Shown: positions 1-8,830 of the stretch, piece after piece | How the letters are laid out: every line of letters begins with the position of its first letter | Position numbering within the stretch: position 1 is the stretch's first letter | Source of the DNA: a virus | Lineage: Duplodnaviria > Caudoviricetes | Reading direction: 5' to 3' (one strand) | Virus record (IMG/VR): IMGVR_UViG_3300010206_000005 | Span: 1 to 39,025 of that record | Length of the DNA stretch: 39,025 nt | Translations under genes and position numbers: made by a program | Notes under the pieces: model-generated | Database searches by the model: none | What the model was told of the DNA's origin: nothing | Seen by the model: the letters and a program-made list of their open reading frames with translations, nothing else

Positions 1-92
1 TGTAACCCTGCACTGGGTATTGGATGTTCAGGGAACCCGGATATGCCCGGATAATCCCGGATGTTGTCGGACAAATCCCAAACAAATCCGCC
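1..92 (+). repeat. Left end (attL) with candidate transposase-binding repeats
   Basis: 5'-TGT; CCCGGAT at 36, 46, 56 (10-bp period); GGACAAATC at 69-77 is the reverse complement of GATTTGTCC at 38996-39004. Confidence 0.7.
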
Positions 93-289
93 ATTTGAGA
101 CGCGCTTGAACCGCCATTCAGCGATGGCCGGGGTCCGGGTCGATTCTGCATAATTGTCGTTGGCGGGGCGTGGCGGCGGCATAAGGATTTGGACAAGCCG
201 AGCCGGGCTGCCGGGCGGTATCGACATTACACAGGATACCGATCCGCCGAGTGGCGTGCAATCTTCCGCCGGGGCTTTCCGAGCCGATC

Positions 290-796
290 TCAGCCTGACA
301 ATTTACTGGAAGCGGCCACGGTGTTCGCCACGAGAAGCTGCCGGCGCAGCTGGGCGACGGCGTATCTAATGGCACCGGGTCGATCGGCGTCGGTGTAGTC
401 CGGACCCGAGATGTCTTGAGCTATCCGGGTGGCCTCGGCGACGACCTGGCGGAGGGTGACCGTCACCCCGCATTCCCGATAAACCCCTAAAAGCATTTCG
501 GAAATTTCGCCGCAGAGATCGCCATCGATCTCGGGCGACGCTGCCTCATGGGCCGGTGGCACTGCCACGGCTCCGCCAGGGCGCATTTCTCCTTCGCCGG
601 TGAGAAGCCAGTTCACATCAACCCCCAATTCCGACCGCAACCGGCTGAGGATTTCGGCTTCAGGCTGACGCTCGCCGCGCTCGTACTTCCCGATCGTGTT
701 CTTATGAACACCCAGACGAGTTGCAAATTCGTCCTGAGACAGTTGGCTTCGCACCTGTCGGAGACGCTCTCCCAGCGTTGAAGCGACGGGATTCAT
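290..796 (-). CDS. Phage repressor (c-like), N-terminal XRE helix-turn-helix
   Basis: LGERLRQVRSQLSQDEFATRLGVHKNTIGKYERGERQP is an HTH_3 signature; divergent from ner at the left end. Confidence 0.88.
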   Translation of the reverse strand: MNPVASTLGERLRQVRSQLSQDEFATRLGVHKNTIGKYERGERQPEAEILSRLRSELGVDVNWLLTGEGEMRPGGAVAVPPAHEAASPEIDGDLCGEISEMLLGVYRECGVTVTLRQVVAEATRIAQDISGPDYTDADRPGAIRYAVAQLRRQLLVANTVAASSKLSG

Positions 797-910
797 CGCT
801 TAAACGCCATGTTTAAGCGAAAGCATCGCATTGAAGCGAACGGTAAAGAATTGATAACGCTAGAGTTTTTGATAAAAACCGCGATCATGTTTCCTGTCGA
901 TCGCTTAAAC
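796..910. promoter_or_regulatory. Candidate repressor/Ner operators in the c-ner intergenic region
   Basis: Perfect inverted repeat TCGCTTAAAC(796-805)-5 nt-GTTTAAGCGA(811-820); third copy TCGCTTAAAC at 901-910; partial TTGAAGCGA copies nearby. Confidence 0.6.
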
Positions 911-970
911 ACACGATCGAGGTCAAAAGCCTCTTGTGATGGTACCCAAGTGGGTGCTATCTCTATCGTC

Positions 971-1294
971 ATGACGATTTACCCATCAACCGTAACCGTC
1001 CCCAAAAATCCCGCCGAACGGCGGGTGTGGATCTTGGGCCAACTGCGTCTGCGGGGCACCTCGCTGCGCCGGTTGGCGGCCCAGGAAGGGGTGTCCCCAC
1101 AGGCGATGAGCAACGCGCTGATGTGCCCCAGTTCGCACCTGGAGGAAGTCATCGCGGCGGCCCTTGGCCTGACGGTCCAGCAGCTATTCCCCGAGCGGTT
1201 TGACGACCATGGGAATCGGCTTGGCTGGACCCGTACTCAACAGCGTAGCACGCGGCCAGCGGGCCGCAATGTCGAAGAAGGGCAAGCCGCATGA
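971..1294 (+). CDS. ner: Ner-like transcriptional regulator
   Basis: WILGQLRLRGTSLRRLAAQEGVSPQAMSNAL...EEVIAAALGLTVQQLFPERF is the Ner/Nlp HTH pattern; position divergent from repressor. Confidence 0.88.
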   Translation: MTIYPSTVTVPKNPAERRVWILGQLRLRGTSLRRLAAQEGVSPQAMSNALMCPSSHLEEVIAAALGLTVQQLFPERFDDHGNRLGWTRTQQRSTRPAGRNVEEGQAA

Positions 1295-1716
1295 ACAGCG
1301 CCCCGACCCAGTTTAACCACCTCCTGCTCCGCGATCTGATCGAGATCGCCATCGCCCATGGCCTGACGATCGAGCAGTTCAAGGGCGCGTCGGCCGCCAT
1401 GGGTCAGCTGCCCGTCGGGGTGGCTAGTGGCAAAGGCGGTCCTGCCGTCGTTTCACATCCCGCCCCCGAGGGATCAAGCCCGGCGGCGCAGGCGTCGGAC
1501 ATCGACATATTCGCATCGGCATTGATGGAAGCCTCTTGCTCGTTGGCGTCCCTCCCTCCCGATGTGCTGGTGCATGTGATGAACGAGGACGACAAGTCCG
1601 CATTCATCACATGGTTCGAGGGCCGCCCGAACTTCGACGCCGACGACTGGCTGATGCTCCTTACTCTCCTGCGGGTACTTATGCCGGACCTGTTTTCAGG
1701 GATCGGAGTGCGGTGA
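1291..1716 (+). CDS. Hypothetical early protein
   Basis: ATGA overlap with the ner stop; 141 aa ORF. Confidence 0.6.
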   Translation: MNSAPTQFNHLLLRDLIEIAIAHGLTIEQFKGASAAMGQLPVGVASGKGGPAVVSHPAPEGSSPAAQASDIDIFASALMEASCSLASLPPDVLVHVMNEDDKSAFITWFEGRPNFDADDWLMLLTLLRVLMPDLFSGIGVR

Positions 1717-1758
1717 TGACGCCCCTCCAGCGGCACTTCAACAAACTCGACAACATAG

Positions 1759-2085
1759 CTATTCGCCTTCGTCAGGCGAAGGAGGCTTCTGCCCAAGCGA
1801 CGCGAGGTAATCGGTCAACGTCGAGAACTGAACTACTCCGACGTGCCCGAGGGAGCCTCCGCCTGCTTGCAGCAGCGTGGCGCATTGTTCGAAAGGGGTA
1901 ATCGACATGGCGTCCATTTCCCCCTTCGCCAAGTCCGAAAACGCTTTCAGCGCCCGCGTCACCTGGCCTTCCGACAACACGCCGGCATCGATCAGCGCCG
2001 CCACCACGGCGGTGATGAGCATCGTGTTTCCCACCGAATACGCGGCGACTTCGTCGACCTTCTTTTCCAAGTCCGAAACAGACAT
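1759..2085 (-). CDS. Hypothetical protein on the antisense strand of the early operon (108 aa, MSVSDLEKKV...)
   Basis: ATG at 2085 preceded by a purine-rich GGGGGAAAACGAGA; helical, protein-like composition. Confidence 0.55.
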   Translation of the reverse strand: MSVSDLEKKVDEVAAYSVGNTMLITAVVAALIDAGVLSEGQVTRALKAFSDLAKGEMDAMSITPFEQCATLLQAGGGSLGHVGVVQFSTLTDYLASLGQKPPSPDEGE

Positions 2086-2392
2086 TCTCGTTTTCCCCCG
2101 TGGTCTGTTGGCCCGCGAAACCACAACCATAGGGGAAATCCGGCCCGTGGTCACCGTTGCGACGGTGGTGACGGGTCGGCCTTGCGGGCGCGGAGCGTTT
2201 ACCCGCGTCCAGAGCCGTCGCCTGCCGCCCATGGCGTCAGTCCCGGCGCAGCCGGTGGAAGCCCGGCCCCTGCGCCAGAGCATCGGCGCGCCTCCCTGCG
2301 AAACTCAAGGCCGGACGTGGACGTGCACAAAGCCCGTCCGGCCTCCTTTTCGGGGAGCGGTCAACGACAACAAATCTCCGCAAGAGGCGATC

Positions 2393-2890
2393 ATGACCCA
2401 GAGCCGCAAAGGCCGGTCGGCTGATCCGAGGCAGACCGATTTTCTATCCCTTCTCGATGCGGGCATCTCGCTTTTGCCCGCGCCGACCTTGCCCCGCACC
2501 GATCCCGGGGCGTTGAACATGGACCGGCGGCTGCGCCAGTTGCTGAACGAGGCCATCACGGTCAGCGGGATGGACCGCACCATGATCGCCGCCGAACTGA
2601 CCCCGTTGGCCGGTCGGCCGATCAGCAAGGCGCAGATCGACAGTTGGACCGGGGCCAGCCGCCCGAACCGCTTTCCCGCCGACTTGATCCCCGCTTTGTG
2701 CGCGGTGCTAGGCAACGCGATCCTGTTGCAGGGGCTGGCCGAGGCGGTCGGCTGCACCCTGGTCGAAGGATACACGATGCAACTGGCCCGGCTGGGGCAA
2801 TTGCTGATGTTCGTTAACCGCGCCCGCGCCGAACAAGACGCGATCATCGCCAACATGCCGCTGTACCGGCAGGCGGTGCGGCATGGCTGA
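2393..2890 (+). CDS. Phage regulatory/DNA-binding protein preceding the transposase (CII-like HTH)
   Basis: GAGG RBS; DRTMIAAELTPLAGRPISKAQIDSWTGASRPNRFPA pattern typical of genes upstream of A in transposable phages; overlaps the A start. Confidence 0.7.
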   Translation: MTQSRKGRSADPRQTDFLSLLDAGISLLPAPTLPRTDPGALNMDRRLRQLLNEAITVSGMDRTMIAAELTPLAGRPISKAQIDSWTGASRPNRFPADLIPALCAVLGNAILLQGLAEAVGCTLVEGYTMQLARLGQLLMFVNRARAEQDAIIANMPLYRQAVRHG

Positions 2891-5177
2891 GGTTGATACA
2901 AGCACGATCGCTGCCGCGTTGGGGGTTACCCCTCAGGCTGTGTTTGGTCGCTCCAAACGCGGAGGCTGGGTTGGGCGGAAGGACGGCAAGAACCATACTT
3001 GGCTTTACGACGTTGATTCTCTGCCGCCGGATATCCAGCGCGCCCTGGTCGAGGCGCAGAAGGCGGCCCGCTTCGCCGTCCTGGCCCAGCATGCCGCCGA
3101 TCTGGAGAGCGTCACCCCGTTGGTGTCGGAGACGGCGATCGCGGCGGCGGCCCGGCAATACCAGCCCCCGCCTGCGGTAGCAGCGGCGACCGGGGACGGC
3201 GCGAAGCGGCGCAATGTGAAGCTGTCGATCCTCAATTTGTACAAGTTGTGGCTGATCCAGGCCGGAATATCGGACGGCAGCACGGCCCGACTGCGGTTCG
3301 CGGACCTGTACAACGCCGCCCTGGATGCCGGTGACGGCCAGACCTTCCAGGCCGGGGCCGAGGTGGCGGGCACGCGCTATTTCCTGGCGGTTCCCGCCTG
3401 GGTCCGCCACGCCAAGCCGCATATCAGCCCCAACACGATCTGGAACTGGCAAAAGCTGGCCGACAAGGGCGACATCGAGGTGCTGGGCGGGAGGTATCGG
3501 GGGCGCAAGAGCGTGCTCGATCAGGCCGAGACGGTCCGCGATTACATCCTGGGTTCGGTGCTGAAGGGCCGGACCATCTCGGCGGCGCAGTTGCGCGACG
3601 AGATCGTCGCGACGTTCGGCGACCAGGTCAAGGTGATCGACCACGACACCGGCGAAATCCTTCCGCGCCAGATCCCGAGCGCCGGTCAGATCCAGCGTTG
3701 GATCAACGCATGGCAGGACGAGAACGCCGATTTCCTGCTGCATGTGACCAATCCGGACAAATGGAAGTCGAAGAACCGGATTTCGATCGGCGACCTGTAC
3801 GGCCATATCGAGCGGCCGAACCAGTTGTGGGAGATCGACGCCAGCCCGGCCGACCTGATGTTGCTGGAAGGGACCGATGGGGCCGGGCGGTACACCTTGT
3901 ACGTCCTGATCGACATCTACACCCGCCGGATCATGGTGCTGGTGACCAAGACGGCGGCGACGGTCGGGGCATTGTTGCTGCTGAAGAAAGGAATCGAGGC
4001 CTGGGGCAAACCGGAGATGGTGCGCACCGACCAGGGGTCGGACTTCATCAGCCAGGAGGCGAAGCGGTTTTTTGCCCTGACCGGCATCATTCACGACGAT
4101 TGCACGGCCTATTCGCCGGAACAGAAGGGCGGGATCGAACGCCATGTAAAGACGGTTCAGCACGGCATCATCAACCAGTTGCCGGGCTTCATCGGCCATT
4201 CAGTGAGCGATCGGCAAAAGATCGAGGCGGTCAAGGCGTTCGCGGGCCGTCTGGGTCAGAGCGAGCGCGAGGCCTACGCGATCGAGCTGCGGCAGGACGA
4301 GCTGCAAGGCATCCTCAACGAGTGGTGCGAATTCAAATATGCCCACATCCCGCATGGTGGGCTGAAGGGGGAGACGCCGTTCAACCGGGCGGTGCGGTGG
4401 CCGGGCAAGCTGCTGCGGGTCGACGATCCCGAGCGGCTGGCGATGCTGCTGGCGCCGGTGCCGAAAAGCGCGAAGGGCGCGGGCATCCGCACGGTCACCA
4501 AGAAAGGCATTCAAGTCGAGGAAGCGCATTTCTGGGGCGACGCCCTACGGCTGTATATGGGCAAGGACGTCTTCGTCCGGATGGACCCGGACAATATGGG
4601 GCAGGTGTGGGTGTTCACCGCCGACCATACGGAATTCGTCTGCAAAGCCACCAATCTGGAGCGGATGGGGGCGGATCGCGCAGCCTGCGCCGCCGAAGCG
4701 AAAGCACATCAGTCGGCCCAGATGAAGGCGTTGCGCGCCGAAGGCCGACGCCTGAAGACCGCCTGCAAGCCGCATAAGATGGTCAAGCGGGTGTTGGCCA
4801 AGGCCAAGGAGGACGCCTCGAAGGTGGTGCAACTGCCGCGCACCTACGAGTCCTTCACCAACGCGGCCCTGGAGGCCATCGGCGCCGCCTTGCGGGCGGA
4901 TCAGCCGATCCAGGCCAGTCCGGTTTCGGCCATAGAGCAAGCACGGATCGACGCGCTGGCTGCGGATATGGCCGCGCCGACGGTGGTGACGATGTCGCCC
5001 CGGGCGTCGCAGTTCAAGCGCGCCATGGAGATCGAGGGACGGATCGCGGCCGGGTTGCCGGTCGACGACAAGGAGCGGTCTTGGCTGGCGGTGTTCCAGC
5101 GCCACCCGACCTATCTCGCCCTGAAGCCGGTTTGCGACGAACTCGGCATCGAGACGGCGTTGAACGCGGCGATGTGA
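2883..5177 (+). CDS. Mu-like DDE transposase A
   Basis: N-terminal HTH; WEIDASPAD...VRTDQGSDF...PEQKGGIERHVKT DDE core; C-terminal RTVTKKGIQV...VFVRMDPDNMGQVWVF (Mu transposase C-terminal domain). Confidence 0.95.
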   Translation: MAEVDTSTIAAALGVTPQAVFGRSKRGGWVGRKDGKNHTWLYDVDSLPPDIQRALVEAQKAARFAVLAQHAADLESVTPLVSETAIAAAARQYQPPPAVAAATGDGAKRRNVKLSILNLYKLWLIQAGISDGSTARLRFADLYNAALDAGDGQTFQAGAEVAGTRYFLAVPAWVRHAKPHISPNTIWNWQKLADKGDIEVLGGRYRGRKSVLDQAETVRDYILGSVLKGRTISAAQLRDEIVATFGDQVKVIDHDTGEILPRQIPSAGQIQRWINAWQDENADFLLHVTNPDKWKSKNRISIGDLYGHIERPNQLWEIDASPADLMLLEGTDGAGRYTLYVLIDIYTRRIMVLVTKTAATVGALLLLKKGIEAWGKPEMVRTDQGSDFISQEAKRFFALTGIIHDDCTAYSPEQKGGIERHVKTVQHGIINQLPGFIGHSVSDRQKIEAVKAFAGRLGQSEREAYAIELRQDELQGILNEWCEFKYAHIPHGGLKGETPFNRAVRWPGKLLRVDDPERLAMLLAPVPKSAKGAGIRTVTKKGIQVEEAHFWGDALRLYMGKDVFVRMDPDNMGQVWVFTADHTEFVCKATNLERMGADRAACAAEAKAHQSAQMKALRAEGRRLKTACKPHKMVKRVLAKAKEDASKVVQLPRTYESFTNAALEAIGAALRADQPIQASPVSAIEQARIDALAADMAAPTVVTMSPRASQFKRAMEIEGRIAAGLPVDDKERSWLAVFQRHPTYLALKPVCDELGIETALNAAM

Positions 5178-5238
5178 CGAAAACGGCGGCCACCCTGGCC
5201 GGTGACCGCCGCGAATCAAAATGAGCAAGGAGTTCAAG

Positions 5239-5997
5239 ATGAGCAATCCGACCAACCACGTCAACACCTTCAGCATCCAGCCGCTCCGAAACGTGATGCT
5301 GCTGCTGGAACTGACCCTGAAACTGGTCAATCGCGATCCCGGCCTGCCTGGGATGGGGTGCTTCGCCGGGCCGTCGGGTTACGGCAAGTCGGTGGCGGTA
5401 CTTTACGTCGCCCATAAGTGCCGGGCCTACAGCGTGCAGGCCAACACCGAATGGACGAAGAAGCACCTGTGCAAGGTGATCTTGCGCGAGATGGGAATGC
5501 CCGCGACCGGCACCATCCCCGACATGATCGAGGCAATCGGCAAAGAGCTTGGGGCATCGAAGCGTCCGCTGATTATCGATGAAGCCGATGCCCTGGTTGC
5601 GAAGAACCTGATCGAGACGGTGCGGTCGATCTACGAAGAAACCGGCGGGATGGGTGCGATCATCCTGGTCGGCGAAGAACTGCTGCCCCGGTCGCTGGAG
5701 CGGTGGGAGCGGGTGCATAGCCGGATGCAGCTTGGCATGGTGCTGGCTCAGCCGTGCTCGCTGCCCGACACCCGGCACATGGCGAAAGTCCGTTGCGACG
5801 GCATCAGTATCGCCGACGATCTGATCGAGCGGACGCATGATGAGGCGTCCGGATCGGTGCGCCGCGTCGTCGGCATTCTGAACGATGTTCGTCAGATCGC
5901 CCAGGCGGCCGACCTGACCGAGATCACCCTTCAGCAATTCATCGACCAGGGCGGCAAGTTCAACACCGGCAAGTCGCCGGTGCGGGAGGCCGCGTGA
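5239..5997 (+). CDS. Transposition protein B (AAA+ ATPase)
   Basis: Walker A GPSGYGKS, Walker B LIIDEAD, IILVGEE; follows A; AAGGAG RBS (alternative start 5221). Confidence 0.93.
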   Translation: MSNPTNHVNTFSIQPLRNVMLLLELTLKLVNRDPGLPGMGCFAGPSGYGKSVAVLYVAHKCRAYSVQANTEWTKKHLCKVILREMGMPATGTIPDMIEAIGKELGASKRPLIIDEADALVAKNLIETVRSIYEETGGMGAIILVGEELLPRSLERWERVHSRMQLGMVLAQPCSLPDTRHMAKVRCDGISIADDLIERTHDEASGSVRRVVGILNDVRQIAQAADLTEITLQQFIDQGGKFNTGKSPVREAA

Positions 5998-6593
5998 TGT
6001 CGGCCGGACGCAAGCCCGTGCATCTGACGATGAACGCCAAGAAGCCGGGGGGCCGACAGGCGATCTGGGAAGAGATCAGGCGGCTCGGTGTGTTCTCCGT
6101 CGCCGATATCGCCGGGGCTTGCAAGGCGCATGAAAAGACAGTGCAGTCTTATGTCGAGTGCCTGCTCGCCTCGGGCCACGTTGGCCCGGCGGACGATGGT
6201 TTTCGCCTCGTCCGCGATGTCGGCGTCGAGGCCCCGCGTGTCCGCGCCGATGGGTCCCTGGTCACCCAGGGACTGCCGCGTGAACAGATGTGGCGGACGA
6301 TGCGCCACCGGAGCACCGCCGACTTCGATTATCGCGATCTCGCCCTATGGTCATCGACCGACGAGGTCCAGGTGTCCGCAACCGATGCTCAGGATTACCT
6401 GAAGCATCTGGCCAAGGCCGGATATCTGATCCAGGTCGCTCCGGCCAAGGCTGGCAAGGTCGCCCGGCTCGCCCGCTATCGTTTCGACCCGCGCCGCAAT
6501 ACCGGTCCGAAGCCGCCGATGGTCCAGCGGATGAAGACGGTGTTCGACCCCAACGAACGCAAGATCGTCTGGTTCCCGGAGGTCGAAGAATGA
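5994..6593 (+). CDS. Conserved Mu-like phage protein (winged-helix repeats)
   Basis: Coupled to B; two similar wHTH-like segments and C-terminal TGPKPPMVQRMKTVFDPN, as in genes following B. Confidence 0.75.
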   Translation: MMSAGRKPVHLTMNAKKPGGRQAIWEEIRRLGVFSVADIAGACKAHEKTVQSYVECLLASGHVGPADDGFRLVRDVGVEAPRVRADGSLVTQGLPREQMWRTMRHRSTADFDYRDLALWSSTDEVQVSATDAQDYLKHLAKAGYLIQVAPAKAGKVARLARYRFDPRRNTGPKPPMVQRMKTVFDPNERKIVWFPEVEE

Positions 6594-6979
6594 AGACGAT
6601 CTCCACCGACAAGGCCCGGGCCGCCTGGGGCGATCCGTTGCCGGACTGGATCGCGGTCCTGGCCGCCGAATGCGACCGGACCAGCCAGGGCGCCGCCGGA
6701 AAGAGGCTGCCGCGAGCAGGCGGAAGCGGCTACTCGGCCGCGACGATCAATTGCGTGCTGGGCAAGAGCTACGGGGCTGATCTGAGCGTCATTGAGCAGG
6801 CGGTTCGCGCCGCCTTGATGTCGGCCACCGTTATGTGCCCGGTGATCGGCGAGATGTCGTCGTCGGCCTGCATCGAGCACCAGCAGGCCGAATGGTCTCC
6901 CCGTAACGCCGTCATTCGAGATGTTTGCCCGATCTGCCCCCACGCCAACCCCACCCAGGGAGGGAAGGATGCACAGTGA
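6590..6979 (+). CDS. Putative DNA-binding protein with C-terminal Cys cluster
   Basis: ATGA overlap; SQGAAGKRL..GYSAATINCVL HTH-like segment; CPVIG...C...CPIC. Confidence 0.72.
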   Translation: MKTISTDKARAAWGDPLPDWIAVLAAECDRTSQGAAGKRLPRAGGSGYSAATINCVLGKSYGADLSVIEQAVRAALMSATVMCPVIGEMSSSACIEHQQAEWSPRNAVIRDVCPICPHANPTQGGKDAQ

Positions 6980-7199
6980 GAACATTGATGCTCTGCGCGA
7001 GGCGCTGGAGCGCTACGGAGACACCGGGGTGGTGTTCGAGCCCCCGGCGATCCGGGAGATTTGCGCCATCCTCGCCTCCATTGGCGAGGATGCTAGACGA
7101 CTTGAGGCGGTCATCGATGCGGGGCGGACGCTCCCGCGTGACGTGGTGGATCTCGTGACCCGTCACCGTCCCATCCGTCGGGAAGGCGGTGCGGCATGA
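6969..7199 (+). CDS. Hypothetical protein
   Basis: AGGGAGG RBS; overlaps both neighbours. Confidence 0.65.
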   Translation: MHSENIDALREALERYGDTGVVFEPPAIREICAILASIGEDARRLEAVIDAGRTLPRDVVDLVTRHRPIRREGGAA

Positions 7200-7552
7200 G
7201 CAGCTATTTCCACGGCGGCACTCCCGATCTGCGGGTGGGAGACTACGTCCTCCCGCCGACCGAAACCGGTGCCCCATCCCTGGCCAGCTACGGCGCGGCG
7301 GGAATCTGCCGACGGGACCAAGTCTATGTCGCCACGGATGTCACTGCGGCCGTGATGTACGCGGCGACGCATCCGTCGGGACGCGGCAAGGTCTATCAGG
7401 TGGAGCCGATCGGCGAGGTCACGGCGGACCCTGATTGCCAAATCACCGGCTTGTCCTACAGCTGCGCCAAAGCGCGGATTGTCGCCGTCATGTCGGTCCG
7501 GGGCAAGCTGCTCAAGCGGGTGCGCGCCGTCCTGGTGGGAGGTGCGTCATGA
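7196..7552 (+). CDS. Arr-like (rifampin ADP-ribosyltransferase fold) ADP-ribosyltransferase
   Basis: YFHGG..DLRVGDYVLP, VYVAT, GRGKVYQVEPIGEVTADPD, SYSC..ARIV parallel Arr motifs FYHGT..L.VGD.L, IYFT, RVY.VEPTG...DDP, SYR...LRI. Confidence 0.75.
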   Translation: MSSYFHGGTPDLRVGDYVLPPTETGAPSLASYGAAGICRRDQVYVATDVTAAVMYAATHPSGRGKVYQVEPIGEVTADPDCQITGLSYSCAKARIVAVMSVRGKLLKRVRAVLVGGAS

Positions 7553-7854
7553 GCCCGGCCCCGGGCACCGTCTGCTGGGGCGGGGTCGTCGCCCGCCCCG
7601 TCGCGGCGATCGGCGACAGCGGCCGTCTGATCCTGCGCGACGGAGCGGACCTCTATCACCTCGCCGCGCCGTTGCCGGACGGCGGGCTGGTGATCCTGGT
7701 CGGGCCGATCTCGGTCGATGCCGCGCTTGATGCCGCCGATCTGATGCTGCGCGGCGGCCAGGATCACCACTCGGTAACCGGCTTGATCCTGATGCTGTCG
7801 CTGTCGCTGCGCGTCGTCGCGAGCCTGGGGGGTGAGCCATGCACCACCTCCTGA
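7549..7854 (+). CDS. Hypothetical protein
   Basis: GGAGGT RBS, ATGA overlap. Confidence 0.6.
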   Translation: MSPAPGTVCWGGVVARPVAAIGDSGRLILRDGADLYHLAAPLPDGGLVILVGPISVDAALDAADLMLRGGQDHHSVTGLILMLSLSLRVVASLGGEPCTTS

Positions 7855-7994
7855 TCGCCGACATCGTCGCGGCCGTGGCCGTCGTCGTCGCCCTGGCCAT
7901 CGGCCTGATCGAGGCGACGCCCGGCGCGGTCGAGGATGCCCCGCTGTCGGCCGCCCGGATCACCTTCATCAATTTCGTCCCTCCCAGCCCGTGA
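7839..7994 (+). CDS. Small hypothetical membrane protein (51 aa)
   Basis: MHHLLIADIVAAVAVVVALAIGLIE hydrophobic helix; fills the gap in the operon. Confidence 0.5.
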   Translation: MHHLLIADIVAAVAVVVALAIGLIEATPGAVEDAPLSAARITFINFVPPSP

Positions 7995-8006
7995 AAGGTC
8001 CCTTCA

Positions 8007-8816
8007 ATGACCGTTGAAATCCCCGTAAAGACCACCCCCGGTGCCGAGATTGTGAACGGCGTCGCTTATCTCCCCGGCCCCAAGGGCAATCTGCGCCGGG
8101 TCGAGAATATCCCTGCCATGGACATTGTGGTGCATGAGCAGGTGTACCGGATGATTGACTATGCCAAGGGTCTGTCCGCCGAGATCGCCCGTTTCAAGGC
8201 TCACAGCTATTCCGATTTGGACGCTCTCGACGCCTTGATGGCGCAGGAATATGGCGTCACACGCGACCCCGCCGCCCTGGGCAATCGCAGCTATGTCAGC
8301 GCCGACGGCAAATATCGCGTCACCATCAAGATCACCACCCCCCAGGTTGCCGGGCCGGAGCTTCAGCAGGCCAAGGCGCTGATCGACCAGATCATCCTGG
8401 AGGAAGGTGCCACCGCCAGCCCGGTGATGGCCGCCCTGGTCTCGACGGCCTTCGGCGTCGGCAAGCAAGGCAAGGTAGATTTTTCCCGCCTGCGCGAATT
8501 GCGTGACCTGGACGTGCCTGACCGCCGTTGGCCCGAGGTCCGCCGGGCTATTACGGACGGCATGAAGGACGGGGTGAGCAAGAACTACATCACCTTCCAT
8601 CGTCGCCGCGCCAATACCGGGTGGGATCTGATTCCGCTCGACATGGCCGCCGTCGAAATCACCGACGATGCGTTCGAGCATCCGTCGCTCCGCCGCCAAG
8701 TCGAGGAGTTGCAGGCCGCGCTAGACGAGGCCAAGGAGACCATCCGCATCCAGTCTCAGACGTTGGACGCCTGGGCCAGCGGGGCAATCCAGCTCAGTCC
8801 CGAAGATGCCGAGTAG
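8007..8816 (+). CDS. DUF3164 family protein (Mu-like early region)
   Basis: GPKGNLRRVENI...IARFK...QEYGV...GN.SYVSADGKYRV...GPELQQAKALID...K.YITFHRR pattern. Confidence 0.85.
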   Translation: MTVEIPVKTTPGAEIVNGVAYLPGPKGNLRRVENIPAMDIVVHEQVYRMIDYAKGLSAEIARFKAHSYSDLDALDALMAQEYGVTRDPAALGNRSYVSADGKYRVTIKITTPQVAGPELQQAKALIDQIILEEGATASPVMAALVSTAFGVGKQGKVDFSRLRELRDLDVPDRRWPEVRRAITDGMKDGVSKNYITFHRRRANTGWDLIPLDMAAVEITDDAFEHPSLRRQVEELQAALDEAKETIRIQSQTLDAWASGAIQLSPEDAE

Positions 8817-8830
8817 GGAGGGCTGAGAAC

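Noticed and set aside
36-92. CRISPR or mini-array
   Set aside because: Repeats are 7-9 bp with no spacers; better explained as end-binding sites
809-970. N-terminal extension of ner from ATG 809
   Set aside because: Runs through the operator/promoter region; the Ner-like sequence fits a start at 971
2245-2276. tRNA gene
   Set aside because: Only a T-arm-like stem; no TTC loop, anticodon arm or acceptor stem could be built
2844-4199. Long minus-strand ORF opposite the transposase (similarly 14073-15383, 16033-17346, 21038-22138, 28977-30065)
   Set aside because: Antisense shadows of high-GC3 genes; no motifs or RBS
7196-7552. Calling this a bona fide rifampin-resistance gene (arr)
   Set aside because: Only fold-level motifs match and the substrate loop differs; resistance cannot be claimed from sequence
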